DNA of 64,000 nucleotides from an uncultured Mycoplasmatota bacterium (GTDB taxonomy: Bacteria; Bacillota_I; Bacilli_A; RF39; UBA660), in the NCBI GenBank assembly GCA_947165285.1, contig CAMUZS010000003.1, positions 87,598 through 151,597 of the forward strand, read 5' to 3'. Below the pieces are notes generated by a model. The model was not told where the DNA came from. It searched no databases and was given only the letters and a program-made list of their open reading frames with translations. The translations under genes were made by a program, and so were the position numbers. Within the stretch, counting starts at the first letter, position 1. Every line of letters starts with the position of its first letter. Positions 10,301 to 20,869 of the stretch are shown piece after piece.

Positions 10301-11800
10301 ATATTCAAATTCTCCTAAATTATATTTACTACATGATGCTTTCATAAAAGATATGTCAAATTTTGCATTATGAGCAACCATTGGATCATTTCCTGCCCAT
10401 TTCAAAAACCTTTTAGTTACATTTTCTTCATTATCACATGATTTTAACATTTCATCTGTAATTTCAGTTAATTCTACTATTTTTTTTGGTAATACTCTAT
10501 TTGGATTAATAAGCTCATCAAATCTATCTATTATTTCTCCATTTTTTATTTTAACTGCACCTATTTCAATCATTTGATCAGATCCAGCATAAAAACCAGT
10601 AGTTTCAGTATCAAATACTACAAATTCATCGTTTAATAAATTATATTCTTTATTTTGAAATATTATATCTATATCATCATTTACTATATTTAATTCAGCA
10701 CCATATAGCACTTTAAAATGATCTTGTTTTTCTTTTCCTTTATTAATATCTTGAACAATATGATAAAGATCAGGAAAAGCTTGAACACAATTGTGATCAG
10801 TTACAGCAATAGCTTTCATTCCAAGATTATATGCATGTTTTACTAATTTTTTTGCATCAACTACAGAATCCATCGCAGACATCATTGTATGTGCATGAAG
10901 TTCTACTCTTTTAATTTCTGCATCATCTTTTATTAAAGAATCTTTACTGTTTATAGATTCCATGTTTCTAACATTTAAAACTAAATCTTTTGAAAATTCA
11001 TCATATTTAATATTACCATGAAAACGATACCACTTATCTGTCTTTATTTTTTTACATAATTTATTAAAATCATCTAAATCTCTTTCAAAAAATTTTGCTA
11101 ATATACTATTTGTTTTATCAGATATTTTCATTGTCATTATATTTGTTTTTTCAAAACTTTTTGGCTCTAATCCAAATATATAAGCTTCAACTATAATATT
11201 ATTACTCTCACCTATTAAATCATCTATTGCAACAACATCACCATCAACATGTGTTCCAATAATTATAGGTGAATCATCAACTTTTGTTGAACTAGCACCT
11301 TTTTCCTTAGCGTTTTCAATTTCTTTTTGTATTATTTGATTTTTTTCTTCATTTAAAATACTACTAATTTCAACATTATCTATTCCATATTGTTTTAATT
11401 CTTTTAATATTTTTTTACCATATTCATCTACTAATTTTTTATCAATTGGCGTTAAAACTTCCAATAATATAGTATTATCTTCTATACTAACACTTGCTTC
11501 TTTCAAAGTAGAAAGTGAAGGTGTTTTATCAATTAATTTATTTAACAAATAATTAAATGTTTTTAATATATCATCACTAGTTATTTTTTCATACTCTAAA
11601 TTAATTAAACATTTTTTTTCTTGATTAATACCTTTTTTTGCACAATCAAATAACTTATTTAAAATATTAGGTTCAATAAATTTTTTACTATATAGATAAA
11701 CAGTAAAAGTTTCAGTTGATTTTTTTAATATTACATTTGTTATTTCTACATCTAATTCTTCATCAAAATTAATGCTATTAAAAAATTTTACTGCTTTCAT
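7307..11800 (-). CDS. polC: DNA polymerase III alpha subunit, PolC type
   Basis: 1497 aa. PHP motif ELHAHTMMSAMDS; inserted DnaQ-like exonuclease (VVFDTETTG, HNAKFDISF); zinc module CPKC...CPNC; pol III alpha core; GAAGGAAG RBS. Confidence 0.97.
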   Translation of the reverse strand: MKAVKFFNSINFDEELDVEITNVILKKSTETFTVYLYSKKFIEPNILNKLFDCAKKGINQEKKCLINLEYEKITSDDILKTFNYLLNKLIDKTPSLSTLKEASVSIEDNTILLEVLTPIDKKLVDEYGKKILKELKQYGIDNVEISSILNEEKNQIIQKEIENAKEKGASSTKVDDSPIIIGTHVDGDVVAIDDLIGESNNIIVEAYIFGLEPKSFEKTNIMTMKISDKTNSILAKFFERDLDDFNKLCKKIKTDKWYRFHGNIKYDEFSKDLVLNVRNMESINSKDSLIKDDAEIKRVELHAHTMMSAMDSVVDAKKLVKHAYNLGMKAIAVTDHNCVQAFPDLYHIVQDINKGKEKQDHFKVLYGAELNIVNDDIDIIFQNKEYNLLNDEFVVFDTETTGFYAGSDQMIEIGAVKIKNGEIIDRFDELINPNRVLPKKIVELTEITDEMLKSCDNEENVTKRFLKWAGNDPMVAHNAKFDISFMKASCSKYNLGEFEYTVLDTMEIARMLYPGWPNHKLSTLVKKLDVPWDEDKHHRGDYDAEGTAIAFYKMCKVMYDRNINTTNDILEQVDVASVIRFARPFHASVIAKDRIGLKNLFKIISIANTKYLYKNEQPKIPRKELDSLREGLIIGSGCINGEIFEKAFNLEDEELVNLMNFYDYIEVQPVSIFSHLIGENNKFNNVIEAQEHLKKIIRVANDAGKLVVATGDVHNLTKEDLLYRKIIINQKFNGKLHPLNRKGLEIPNMYLKTTNEMLDEFSFIGSEEAYKIVVENTNKIADLCEEIEVIINTNGIPFAPIIENSKMDTTNMVYSKASELYGDVLPHHIEERIALELYGQPIIDAVRKIVSTSEDDVYKKLHEVILKGPDAVQNEIYESLKLDNEDNLSDEELKNNAKKKMTAIIGANFDVIYLIAQKLVKHSNDEGYLVGSRGSVGSSFVAHLMGITEVNSLAPHYRCPKCKLSEFENEAGEPLGNEYKCGFDLPDRKCPNCNTLMYKDGHDIPFQTFLGFNADKVPDIDLNFSDLNQASAHEYTKVLFGVDNVYRAGTIGTVAEKTAYGYVKGYLEDKNIVMRNIEIERVALGCTGVKRTTGQHPGGIVVIPGYMDVFDFTPYQFPAEDPNSVWRTTHFDYHAIDEDVLKLDILGHTDPTQLRMIQEITGDNILEVPLDDKETMSIFTSTKALGVTKEQIMCETGTLGVPEFGTPFTIQLVKDTKPTTFAELVKISGLAHGTDVWLGNAQELIQKKVVPFAKVIGCRDDIMVELMYGGLEPFKAFKIMEFVRKGKASKDPDTWADYKKIMQEAKIPDWFIDSCFKIKYMFPKAHAAAYVTSAFRIAWYKVHKPGVYYATYFSTRFDDFDIDVMLQGYDTIKKKIIDIQSKGFNATNKEQSLLETLKLCLEATARGYKFGNIDILKSDGHNFILDEDEKTIICPFRTIDGLGEEVSKTIIKSRNERAFASIEDFQNRGKVSITTIEKLKNLGVFTGLPETNQLSLF

Positions 11801-11816
11801 CTTACTTCCTTCTCTC

Positions 11817-14690
11817 TTATACTTTATTTATTTTATTAATATTAACTTGATATTCATTATATCTTTTTGTTACTCTACCATTTATTTCAACTAAATCATT
11901 TTCTTTAATATTTTTTATTAAATTAACTTCATTGTTAAATAATAAGAAATTTAATTTACTAGTTTCATCACTAGCTAAAATAAATGCCATATTACCTCCA
12001 ACTTTTGTTTTAATAACCCTAATACTATTTATTATAACAATACATTTGATAAATTTATTAAAAAACTTATCAACTTCACATAATTTGACAATTTCTTTTC
12101 CTTGATATCTACTTGCAGGATGATTTGTTAGATAAAAACCATAAGCATCATATTCTTGTTTAATTAATTCACTTTTATCAAATTCTTCATCTATTTCTAA
12201 TATAGGTTTTTCAACAAAACTTTCATCTAAATTTGAAAGTAATTCACTATATCTTATTGCACTTTCTAAATTATCTATTAAAGTTTTATGATTATAATTA
12301 AAATCATCTAAAGCACCGCTTTTAATTAAATACTCAATTACCTTTTTATTAATATTTTTCGAATAACATCTAGCTACAAAATCAAAATAATCTTTAAATA
12401 TATTATTACCTCTTTTTAAGATTATTTCATTTTCTACAGATAAACCAACATTTTTAATAATAGAAAGTGGAAGTCTTAATTTATCATTTTCCATTACATA
12501 ATTACTCTGACTATAATTAATACTAGGTTTTAATAAAAAAATATTTTGTTGCTTAGCTAATTGCAAATATTCATTAGTTTTATTTTCATTTCCTATAACC
12601 ATATTAAGTAAATTACATAGATAATATGTTAAATAATGAACTTTTAAAAAAGCTTGTTGATATCCTATTAAAGCATACGAAACACTATGTGCTTTATTAA
12701 AACCATATCCTGCAAACTTTAATATTTTTTCATAAGTTTTAATCGCTACTTCTTCACTATAACCATTCTTAATTGAAGAACTAATAAAATGATTTTTTTC
12801 ACTAATAATAATATCTTCTTTTTTCTTAGACATAGCCCTTCTTATATTATCAGCCTCAGCAAATGTATAATTTGCCATCCTTCTAAGAATTAACATTATT
12901 TGCTCTTGATATATAATAATTCCATATGTTTCATTTAAAATATCTTTTAAAGAATCATCAATATAATCTATTTTTGCTTTACCATTTTTTCTTGCTATAA
13001 ATTCATTAATATATTCCATTGGACCAGGTCTATACAAAGCTAAAGCACATGTTAAATCACTAAAAGTTTTAGGTTTTAGTTTTTTTAAAAAATTTTTCAT
13101 TCCTTCACTTTCAAATTGGAATATTCCACTTGTATCCCCACTTGAAAATAATTCATATACTTTCTCATCATTTAAATTAATACTATTAATATTAAAGTTA
13201 TTTGGAATTGAATCTATTATATTATGCATAACACTTAAATTAGTAATACCTAAAAAATCCATTTTTAAAATTCCTAATTCTTCTAAATAATTTAAGGTAA
13301 GTCCTGCTAATAAAGAATTATTATTAACATATACTGGAATTATATCATCTAAGTTAACATCACAAATAGCAACACCTGCTGCAGTTGTAGATATTTGTCT
13401 TTTAATTCCTTCTAATTTCAAAGCCATTTTATAAACTTTTTTTAATTCTGAATATAAATTTAAAATATTTTTAACTTTCTCATTTTTTAAATTATCTTTT
13501 AAAGATATTTTAGTATTTGCATTTATAACTTTTGTTAATATATCAATATTTTTATCTAAATCATAATACTTTGCTACATCTCTTAAAACCTGTCTAGATC
13601 CTAGTGTAGCATATGTCATTATAGACGCAACTTTTTCTTTACCATACTTTTCTTTTACATATTCAATTACTTGATCTCTTTTACTATCTTCAAAATCAAC
13701 ATCAATATCAGGCATTGTTATTCTTTCAGGATTTAAAAATCTCTCAAATAATAAATTGTATTTTATTGGATCAATATTAGTAATACCAATAGAATAACTA
13801 ACTAAAGATCCAGCAGCACTTCCCCTACCAGGACCCACGTAAATATTATTTTGCTTAGCATATTTAACATAATCATAAACAATTAAAAAATAATCAACAA
13901 AACCCATTTTATTAATAACATCTAATTCATAATTCAATCTATTAATATATTCTTCTTTAATATTATTATTAAATCTTTTAGACAATCCCTTATGACAAAG
14001 AGCACATAAAAATTTATAACTATTATTAATACTTGTTTCATAAACTGGAATATGTCTTTTATTTTTTACAATTTCTATATTAATATTTTGAACAAATTTT
14101 TTATTAATCTCAAAATCTTCATTATTTATATCTTGTATTTTTAAACACTTAATAACTTTATTATCATTTCTAATATTATCAAGAATTTTAAAATATTCAT
14201 CTAATTCTTCTAAAGAATTACAAATATTAATCTTAACAATATTCTTACTTATAACTAACGCATTTTTCTTCTCATAATCATTTTCATAAGATATATATAT
14301 ATCACTAAAAGAATCATTAAATTTATTAAAATACTCTTTTGAATTAAATGGTATAACAAGTATTACATCTTCATTATATTTTATTAAATTATCATAATTA
14401 ATATTATCTTCTTGTACTAATGTATTAATTTTTAATAATGATTTATATCCATTATAATTTTTTGCATATAAATAAAAATGTCTTTCTTCAAATAATATAT
14501 CTAAACCAATTATTGGTTTAATATTATTTTTTAGACATTCATCATAAAATTCAATAGATCCAAATAAATTATCATCAAGAATTCCTAATGATTTTATATT
14601 ATTTTCAACACCAAAAGAAACTAAATCAGATATTTTGATTAAGCTGTTTAAAAGAGTATAGTCTGTTTTAATTCCAAGTGTTGAGTACAT
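11817..14690 (-). CDS. dnaE: DNA polymerase III alpha subunit, DnaE type
   Basis: 957 aa. N-terminal PHP region, GPGRGSAAGSLVSYSIGITNIDP, FNKAHSVSYA, C-terminal OB-like region; GGAGGG RBS. Confidence 0.95.
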   Translation of the reverse strand: MYSTLGIKTDYTLLNSLIKISDLVSFGVENNIKSLGILDDNLFGSIEFYDECLKNNIKPIIGLDILFEERHFYLYAKNYNGYKSLLKINTLVQEDNINYDNLIKYNEDVILVIPFNSKEYFNKFNDSFSDIYISYENDYEKKNALVISKNIVKINICNSLEELDEYFKILDNIRNDNKVIKCLKIQDINNEDFEINKKFVQNINIEIVKNKRHIPVYETSINNSYKFLCALCHKGLSKRFNNNIKEEYINRLNYELDVINKMGFVDYFLIVYDYVKYAKQNNIYVGPGRGSAAGSLVSYSIGITNIDPIKYNLLFERFLNPERITMPDIDVDFEDSKRDQVIEYVKEKYGKEKVASIMTYATLGSRQVLRDVAKYYDLDKNIDILTKVINANTKISLKDNLKNEKVKNILNLYSELKKVYKMALKLEGIKRQISTTAAGVAICDVNLDDIIPVYVNNNSLLAGLTLNYLEELGILKMDFLGITNLSVMHNIIDSIPNNFNINSINLNDEKVYELFSSGDTSGIFQFESEGMKNFLKKLKPKTFSDLTCALALYRPGPMEYINEFIARKNGKAKIDYIDDSLKDILNETYGIIIYQEQIMLILRRMANYTFAEADNIRRAMSKKKEDIIISEKNHFISSSIKNGYSEEVAIKTYEKILKFAGYGFNKAHSVSYALIGYQQAFLKVHYLTYYLCNLLNMVIGNENKTNEYLQLAKQQNIFLLKPSINYSQSNYVMENDKLRLPLSIIKNVGLSVENEIILKRGNNIFKDYFDFVARCYSKNINKKVIEYLIKSGALDDFNYNHKTLIDNLESAIRYSELLSNLDESFVEKPILEIDEEFDKSELIKQEYDAYGFYLTNHPASRYQGKEIVKLCEVDKFFNKFIKCIVIINSIRVIKTKVGGNMAFILASDETSKLNFLLFNNEVNLIKNIKENDLVEINGRVTKRYNEYQVNINKINKV

Positions 14691-14700
14691 AAAACCCTCC

Positions 14701-15717
14701 TTAAAATAATGTATCTTTATAATGTGCTATTTTTAAATGCTCATAAGACTTTTCACAAGCAATTCTTCCCCTTTGAGTTCTTTTAATAAAACCTTCTTGA
14801 AGTAAAAATGGTTCTACTACATCTTCAATAGTAGATACTTCTTCACCAATTGATGTTGCAATAGTTTCAACTCCTACTGGCCCACCATTAAACTTATTAA
14901 TCAATGATTTTAAATATTCTATATCAATTTGATCAAGTCCAAATTTATCAACATGTAATCTTTCTAAAGCTAAATCAGTTAATCTCTTAGTTATATTAGT
15001 ATCACCATTAACTAATGCAAAATCCCTAACTCTTTTAAATAAACGATTAGCAATTCTCGGAGTCTTTCTTGATCTTTTTGCTAATTCTATTGCTGCGTCT
15101 TCATCAATTGACATATCAAGAACACGAGACGTTCTTTCAATAATATGTTGTAATTCTTCATCAGTATAATAATTTAATTTTGATACTATTCCAAATCTAT
15201 CTCTAAGGGGAGCAGATATATCCCCAGCTCTTGTTGTTGCCCCAACTAATGTAAATGGTGGTAAATCAATTTTAATATTTCTTGAATTACCTTCTTGTCC
15301 TATAACTATATCAAGTTCAAAATCTTCCATAGCAGGATATAATATTTCCTCAATAAATCTAGGCATACGATGTATTTCATCAATAAACAATACATCATTT
15401 GGTTCTAATGTTGAAAGTATAGCAGCTAAATCACCACTTTTTTCAATTGATGGACCAGATGCCGATTTTAAATTAACACCAAGTTCATTAGCAATAATAT
15501 GAGCAAGTGTAGTTTTACCAAGTCCTGGAGGACCATATAAAAGTACATGATCTAATACTTCACCTCTTAACTTAGCTGCTTTAATAAATACTCTCATATT
15601 TTCTTTTATTTCTTGTTGTCCTACATATTCATCCAATGTTTCAGGTCTAATATTTTTATCTATTTCAACTTCTTCTTTAGTTGCATCTAAATCATATATG
15701 TCATTTTTTTTAGTCAT
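14701..15717 (-). CDS. ruvB: Holliday junction branch migration helicase RuvB
   Basis: Walker [10 protein letters not shown], Walker B FIDEIHR, typical RuvB length (338 aa). Confidence 0.97.
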   Translation of the reverse strand: MTKKNDIYDLDATKEEVEIDKNIRPETLDEYVGQQEIKENMRVFIKAAKLRGEVLDHVLLYGPPGLGKTTLAHIIANELGVNLKSASGPSIEKSGDLAAILSTLEPNDVLFIDEIHRMPRFIEEILYPAMEDFELDIVIGQEGNSRNIKIDLPPFTLVGATTRAGDISAPLRDRFGIVSKLNYYTDEELQHIIERTSRVLDMSIDEDAAIELAKRSRKTPRIANRLFKRVRDFALVNGDTNITKRLTDLALERLHVDKFGLDQIDIEYLKSLINKFNGGPVGVETIATSIGEEVSTIEDVVEPFLLQEGFIKRTQRGRIACEKSYEHLKIAHYKDTLF

Positions 15718-15736
15718 ATTATCCCTCCTTTAAATT

Positions 15737-16291
15737 TTATTTTAACATTAATTTTAACGCACTCTTTACTTGTTCTTCTAAAGATAAACTTGGATCAACT
15801 TGTGATACAACTCTTTTAATATCAACATTCTTATATCCAAGAGAAGATAATACTTCAATTAATTCATTTGTTACATCTTCTTTTTGATCATTTGTAGTTA
15901 AATCTAATTTCCCTTTTAAATCTAAAATAATTTGTTTTGCAACTTTATCTCCAATTTTAGGAAATTTCTTTAAATATAAAATATTTTCTCTTTCAATAGC
16001 ATCAACAATACCACTTACTGATCCTAATGCTATCATTGGAAGTGCCATCTTACATCCAAGTCCCTTAACACTAATAAGATTTAAAAATAAATCTTTCTCT
16101 TCAGTAGTTTTAAATCCATATAAACTATTATCATCTTCAGCTATTTTTTGATAAACATATACTATGTATTCTTCACCTTCTTGAAAAGAATATGGATTTC
16201 CAGTATATATTTGATAACCTATTCCATTATTATCTAATACAATATAATTAGATGTTATTTCTTTAATAATACCTTTTATATAATTATACAT
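15737..16291 (-). CDS. ruvA: Holliday junction DNA-binding protein RuvA
   Basis: MYNYIKGII... OB N-domain, HhH motifs (VKGLGCKMAL, FPKIGDKVAKQI). Sits directly upstream of ruvB. Confidence 0.92.
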   Translation of the reverse strand: MYNYIKGIIKEITSNYIVLDNNGIGYQIYTGNPYSFQEGEEYIVYVYQKIAEDDNSLYGFKTTEEKDLFLNLISVKGLGCKMALPMIALGSVSGIVDAIERENILYLKKFPKIGDKVAKQIILDLKGKLDLTTNDQKEDVTNELIEVLSSLGYKNVDIKRVVSQVDPSLSLEEQVKSALKLMLK

Positions 16292-16306
16292 AGTATCATC
16301 TCCTTA

Positions 16307-16864
16307 TTAACAATTTTCGTCACATGCTTCAATAAAACTTTTAATTATATTATTATAACTTTTTAATAATTTATCATGATCTAAAACTTCAAAATATGAT
16401 TCTAATACATTACCATCTTCAAAAGTAATAACAGTACCAGGATATAAATCATTAGTTCCTACTTTACCTTTAATTTTTGAAATATTATTATCATGAATAT
16501 CAATATAATAAACTTTTGGAATACTAGTACTGCTTATAGCTTCTTCTAAAACCATTATAAAACTTCTAGCATTATTATCATTGCTATCTCCAATAAAAAC
16601 TATTCCGTCATTATTATTAAATAGATTATTTAACTCAGTATCATTTAAATAAACATAAGAGTTATTTTCACTTAATTTAACTTTAATACTATCTATATTA
16701 TCATTTTTACTTTCATACTCATTTTTTATTTTTATTGCATCACTTTCATTATTAGTTGGTTTATTATCTTCTTTTTTATTAATATTTAAAATCATTAAAT
16801 AAATTAATGCACATAAAATTAACAACAAAGGAATAAACCATATCCAAAATTTACTATTTTTCAT
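16307..16864 (-). CDS. hypothetical membrane-anchored extracytoplasmic protein
   Basis: 185-aa ORF with one N-terminal TM; no catalytic motif recognised. Confidence 0.55.
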   Translation of the reverse strand: MKNSKFWIWFIPLLLILCALIYLMILNINKKEDNKPTNNESDAIKIKNEYESKNDNIDSIKVKLSENNSYVYLNDTELNNLFNNNDGIVFIGDSNDNNARSFIMVLEEAISSTSIPKVYYIDIHDNNISKIKGKVGTNDLYPGTVITFEDGNVLESYFEVLDHDKLLKSYNNIIKSFIEACDENC

Positions 16865-16865
16865 A

Positions 16866-17945
16866 TTAATTACCTCTTTTATCAGAATCTATAGATACAT
16901 CACAATATCCATCAGAAAAATCCATTGTACTCTTTCCAACAATTATATCTTTACTACGTCTAGGATCACATACCATTATTTTAAATCCTTCATAATTATA
17001 AATAACACTTTCATCACTACTTTGTTCTTGATATCCTAAAGCTTCATTTTTTATTTCATCAAATGTTATTAAATTATTCTTTAATGCATTATATAAATTA
17101 TATAAATTTCCATTTATTTTTATATTAATATCATTTATACAAGATTTATAAAAAATATTATCAGTAGTTTGAAACCATAATTCTTTATCATATTCACAAT
17201 ATATATTACTATCTGCATCTATATTTATATCATCAGTACTAACAGAACTCATACTAATTTTACTATCGATCATATAAATATTATTATTATCTTTACGATC
17301 AATTTTACCAATAATAGTTACTAAAGTATTTTGTTCTAAATTAGATATTTCTTTACTACCTATATTAAACGATACATATAAATTAATTGTTTCATTAAAT
17401 CTTATCATATCTTCATATTCATCATATGATTGCATCAAAATAGTTTTATCATCAATTACTTTAGATACTCTACCAATTACTTTAACATAATTATCACTAT
17501 ATCTATTAAAATCATTTTCAATATTTGATAATACATTATTTATATTTTCAGAAGTTAAATTTTCTTTTTCACAATAATAACCCAATTTATATAGTGGATC
17601 TACTTTAAAAGTTTTATTTTGACAAGACCATACTCTATAACCAATTGCATTATATACTTTTCCAGATTCAGTTGAAGTTATATTATAAGTAAAAATAGGA
17701 ATATGTTTTAAAGTACTTACACATAAATAATCTAAAGCAATAACTAAAAAGGTAAAAATAATAGCAAATAATGGAATAAAAAGAATTTTATTATTTCTCT
17801 CTATTTGTGAAGAATATGTTAAAAAAACTATACTTGCTAAACTAAGTATTACTCTAACTAAATTAAATCTATTTAAAAATAAAGCTATGATAAGTAAAAT
17901 TATTCCCACAACTAATGTTACAAATCTTTTATAAACAGTACTCAA
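16866..17945 (-). CDS. hypothetical membrane protein (three N-terminal TM helices + ~270-aa Cys-containing soluble domain)
   Basis: 359-aa ORF; TTG start with GGAAGTGA RBS; no family recognised. Confidence 0.55.
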   Translation of the reverse strand: MSTVYKRFVTLVVGIILLIIALFLNRFNLVRVILSLASIVFLTYSSQIERNNKILFIPLFAIIFTFLVIALDYLCVSTLKHIPIFTYNITSTESGKVYNAIGYRVWSCQNKTFKVDPLYKLGYYCEKENLTSENINNVLSNIENDFNRYSDNYVKVIGRVSKVIDDKTILMQSYDEYEDMIRFNETINLYVSFNIGSKEISNLEQNTLVTIIGKIDRKDNNNIYMIDSKISMSSVSTDDINIDADSNIYCEYDKELWFQTTDNIFYKSCINDINIKINGNLYNLYNALKNNLITFDEIKNEALGYQEQSSDESVIYNYEGFKIMVCDPRRSKDIIVGKSTMDFSDGYCDVSIDSDKRGN

Positions 17946-17994
17946 TTATATCACTTCCCTACATATCATTATATCTTATTTTATTGCATAACAA

Positions 17995-18020
17995 AAGAAA
18001 AAAACGAGTAAACTCGTTTT
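17995..18020 (-). terminator. Rho-independent terminator after hup
   Basis: Hairpin aaacgagt/actcgttt (18002-18019), followed on the minus strand by a T-run. Confidence 0.75.
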
Positions 18021-18032
18021 ATCTTAACATAA

Positions 18033-18305
18033 TTAGTTAACGCTATCTTTTAATTTAGAACCAGCTTTAAATGATACAGCATTTTTAGCAGGAATATGTA
18101 AAGGTTGTTTAGTTAATGGATTAATTCCATCTCTAGCAGCTCTTTTAGTAACTTTGAAAGTACCAAATCCTACTAAAGTAACTTTTCCTTGTTTTTTAAC
18201 TCCTTCTGTAATTCCTTCGATAGCAGCATCTAATGCTCTAGCAGCATCAGCTTTTGTAAGTCCAGCTTTAGCAGCTATAACTTCAACTAAATCAGTTTTA
18301 CTCAT
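18033..18305 (-). CDS. hup: DNA-binding protein HU
   Basis: 90 aa. MSKTDLVEVIA..., GFGTFKVTKRAARDGINPLT arm motif. Confidence 0.95.
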   Translation of the reverse strand: MSKTDLVEVIAAKAGLTKADAARALDAAIEGITEGVKKQGKVTLVGFGTFKVTKRAARDGINPLTKQPLHIPAKNAVSFKAGSKLKDSVN

Positions 18306-18497
18306 AAATTTTACCTCCTAATGTAAATTTATTTTGTTATAAGGCATCATATCATCCTTACAATCTAAAATTAGCAAAAAATATAAGCAAAATCAAGAGA
18401 AAAACTGTATTTTTTAATTATTTTTTTTAAATTCGTCAAATTATTTTACTTTTTTTAACATTATTTTACGCACATTTACACACAGTATAGGCTTATT

Positions 18498-19976
18498 TTA
18501 TAGTACTATAGCTATTAAATTATTACTTCCTTTATTAACTATTTTGGTAACAGTTTGAGATAATTTATATTTAGTATTTTCTGGCATAATAGATAATTTT
18601 GCTTTAATACCTTCACCAACCATCTCATTTAAACTTCTACCAAATATTTCACTTTTCCATATACTTTGAGGATCATTTGATGAATCCTTCATTAAATAAT
18701 TAATTAATTCCTTACTTTGAAGTTCTGATCCTATTATTGGCTCAAAAGTAGATTCAACATCAACCCTAATTAAATGAATACTTGATGCTAATGCTTTTAA
18801 TTTAACACCATATCTAGATCCTTGTTTAATTATTTCAGGAGTATCTAATTTCATATCTTTTAAAGTAGGATAAACAATTCCATATCCAGAAGTTTTAGCT
18901 TGTTTTAATGCTGCTTTAATTGCATCAAACTCTTCTTTTCCATTTCGATAAGTTGCAAATACTTTTAACATTGCTGCCTTAGAATTAACAGATTCACCAA
19001 TCATCGAATTTAATACTTCATTATATAATTTATCACTACTATCTAAATTAACAGTAACTACACCAGTTCCTGCATCAACATTAGATATAGTTGCACTATT
19101 AATAAAAGTTGAATCCTTAAACGAATCTAATAATTTATCAACATCTTTTAATTTTTTTATTTCCATGGAACTATTTTTTATTAAATCTAAGTAATGCTTT
19201 TTAATGTCGTTATTATTATCTAAAATATGAACCCACTCTGGTATAGAATAATTAATATCAAGAACAGAAAACTCATATAATGCTGTTTTTAATACATCAT
19301 ATATTTCTTTTTCACTCATATCAATAACAGACATAGGCATTACAGGTACTTCATAAGTATCATTTAATTCTTGTGCTAATTTTTTTGTCTCATCACTATT
19401 AGGTTTTGAAGAATTTAATATAACAATAAATGGTTTTCCTATAGATTTTAATTCATTTATAACTTTACTTTCTGCATCTACATAATCTTCCCTTTTAATA
19501 TCCGAAAAAGAACCATCTGTAGTAACAACAATTCCTATAGTAGAATGATCCTTTATTACTTTTTGAGTACCAATTTCTGCTGCCTCAACAAAAGGAATAT
19601 TTTCAGGAAACCAAGGTGTCATAACCATTCTGGGATTACCATCTTCATCAACATATCCATTGGCACCAGGAATAACATATCCAACACAATCAATTAGTTT
19701 AATATTTGCAGAAAAATCATCTATTTTGATTTTAGCACCACTGGAAGGAACAAACTTTGGCTCAGTAGTCATAATTGTTTTTCCTTCTGCAGATTGAGGT
19801 ATTTCATCTAAATATCTCTTTTTTTCAATTTCATCATCAATATTTGGAACTATTAATTCTTGAATAAACTTTTTGATAAAAGTAGACTTTCCTGTTCTAA
19901 CAGCTCCAACAACTCCTAAATAAATATCACCATTACCTCTTTTTGCTAAAGGTAAAATTATATTATTCTTATTCAT
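18498..19976 (-). CDS. spoIVA: stage IV sporulation protein A (spore coat basement-layer ATPase)
   Basis: 492 aa. DIYLGVVGAVRTGKSTFIKKF (Walker A) and EGKTIMTTEPKFVP closely follow the B. subtilis SpoIVA N-terminus as recalled. Confidence 0.93.
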   Translation of the reverse strand: MNKNNIILPLAKRGNGDIYLGVVGAVRTGKSTFIKKFIQELIVPNIDDEIEKKRYLDEIPQSAEGKTIMTTEPKFVPSSGAKIKIDDFSANIKLIDCVGYVIPGANGYVDEDGNPRMVMTPWFPENIPFVEAAEIGTQKVIKDHSTIGIVVTTDGSFSDIKREDYVDAESKVINELKSIGKPFIVILNSSKPNSDETKKLAQELNDTYEVPVMPMSVIDMSEKEIYDVLKTALYEFSVLDINYSIPEWVHILDNNNDIKKHYLDLIKNSSMEIKKLKDVDKLLDSFKDSTFINSATISNVDAGTGVVTVNLDSSDKLYNEVLNSMIGESVNSKAAMLKVFATYRNGKEEFDAIKAALKQAKTSGYGIVYPTLKDMKLDTPEIIKQGSRYGVKLKALASSIHLIRVDVESTFEPIIGSELQSKELINYLMKDSSNDPQSIWKSEIFGRSLNEMVGEGIKAKLSIMPENTKYKLSQTVTKIVNKGSNNLIAIVL

Positions 19977-20054
19977 AAATCACACTCTCTTACTAACAAA
20001 TTCTATGAATAAATATAATATATTATTACAAAAAAAATTCAGAATTATCTGAAT

Positions 20055-20858
20055 TTATTTATCTTCATCTATTTCTATAGAAATATCATTTTTATTTACT
20101 ACTTCCACATCTAATGTTTCGATATCATCATCTAATACTTTACGTACTTTCTTCTTTTTCTTAATTACAATTATAATTATAATAAATATAATAATTAATA
20201 AAGTAATACTTCCAATTAAAATTATGATATTTAAAGTATTATAAACACTAAATTCAAATGAAATTATATCATTATCTTTTTTAGCATAATCCCATATTAA
20301 TTTTTTACTATCATTTTCTATACTCGTTGCATTATTTGAAATAGCTTTATTTGGTAAATTAACAATAAATTTTAAATCCATACTATTTTTTATAGAATCA
20401 TTATAATTACTTTCAGTATAACTATTATTATCAGCTATTTTAAAATTAGCAACATAAGTATTTTTAAAAAATCCTTTTTTTATTTTAAATAAATATTTAC
20501 TATCACTTGAATATGATATATTTGCTTTAACATCTAAATCAGTGCTTAAATCATCTATATTATTAAAATGTTTCTTTAATAAATATCCCTTATAATTACC
20601 ATCATCATAATCTTCAACACTATATCCATTTGATTGTGCAGTTTTTGTATAATTATTATCAGTATTTTCAGATTCATCACTATTTGTATCATCAGTATTA
20701 GTATTTGACATTTCACTTAATTGTTTTGAATATGCCATTATTATAGACATATCCATACTTTTATCATTATTAATAGACATTTCATAATTTACTTTAACAC
20801 ATCCACTAAATAATAATGATATAAATAATATACTAAATAACTTAATCCCTTTTTTCAT
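20055..20858 (-). CDS. lipoprotein with C-terminal TM anchor (LppM/DUF3153-like); paralog of 45879-46670
   Basis: Lipobox LLFSGC. VKVNYEMSINNDKSMDMSIIM resembles SLRENIEMNISADKNISMSIVM in the paralog. C-terminal hydrophobic helix plus KKKKK. Confidence 0.7.
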   Translation of the reverse strand: MKKGIKLFSILFISLLFSGCVKVNYEMSINNDKSMDMSIIMAYSKQLSEMSNTNTDDTNSDESENTDNNYTKTAQSNGYSVEDYDDGNYKGYLLKKHFNNIDDLSTDLDVKANISYSSDSKYLFKIKKGFFKNTYVANFKIADNNSYTESNYNDSIKNSMDLKFIVNLPNKAISNNATSIENDSKKLIWDYAKKDNDIISFEFSVYNTLNIIILIGSITLLIIIFIIIIIVIKKKKKVRKVLDDDIETLDVEVVNKNDISIEIDEDK

Positions 20859-20869
20859 TCTTCAACCTC

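Noticed and set aside
16307-16864. The 185-aa anchored protein as a thioredoxin-like partner for disulfide formation.
   Set aside because: No CxxC motif is present (only a C-terminal CDENC), so the fold guess is too weak to report as a call.
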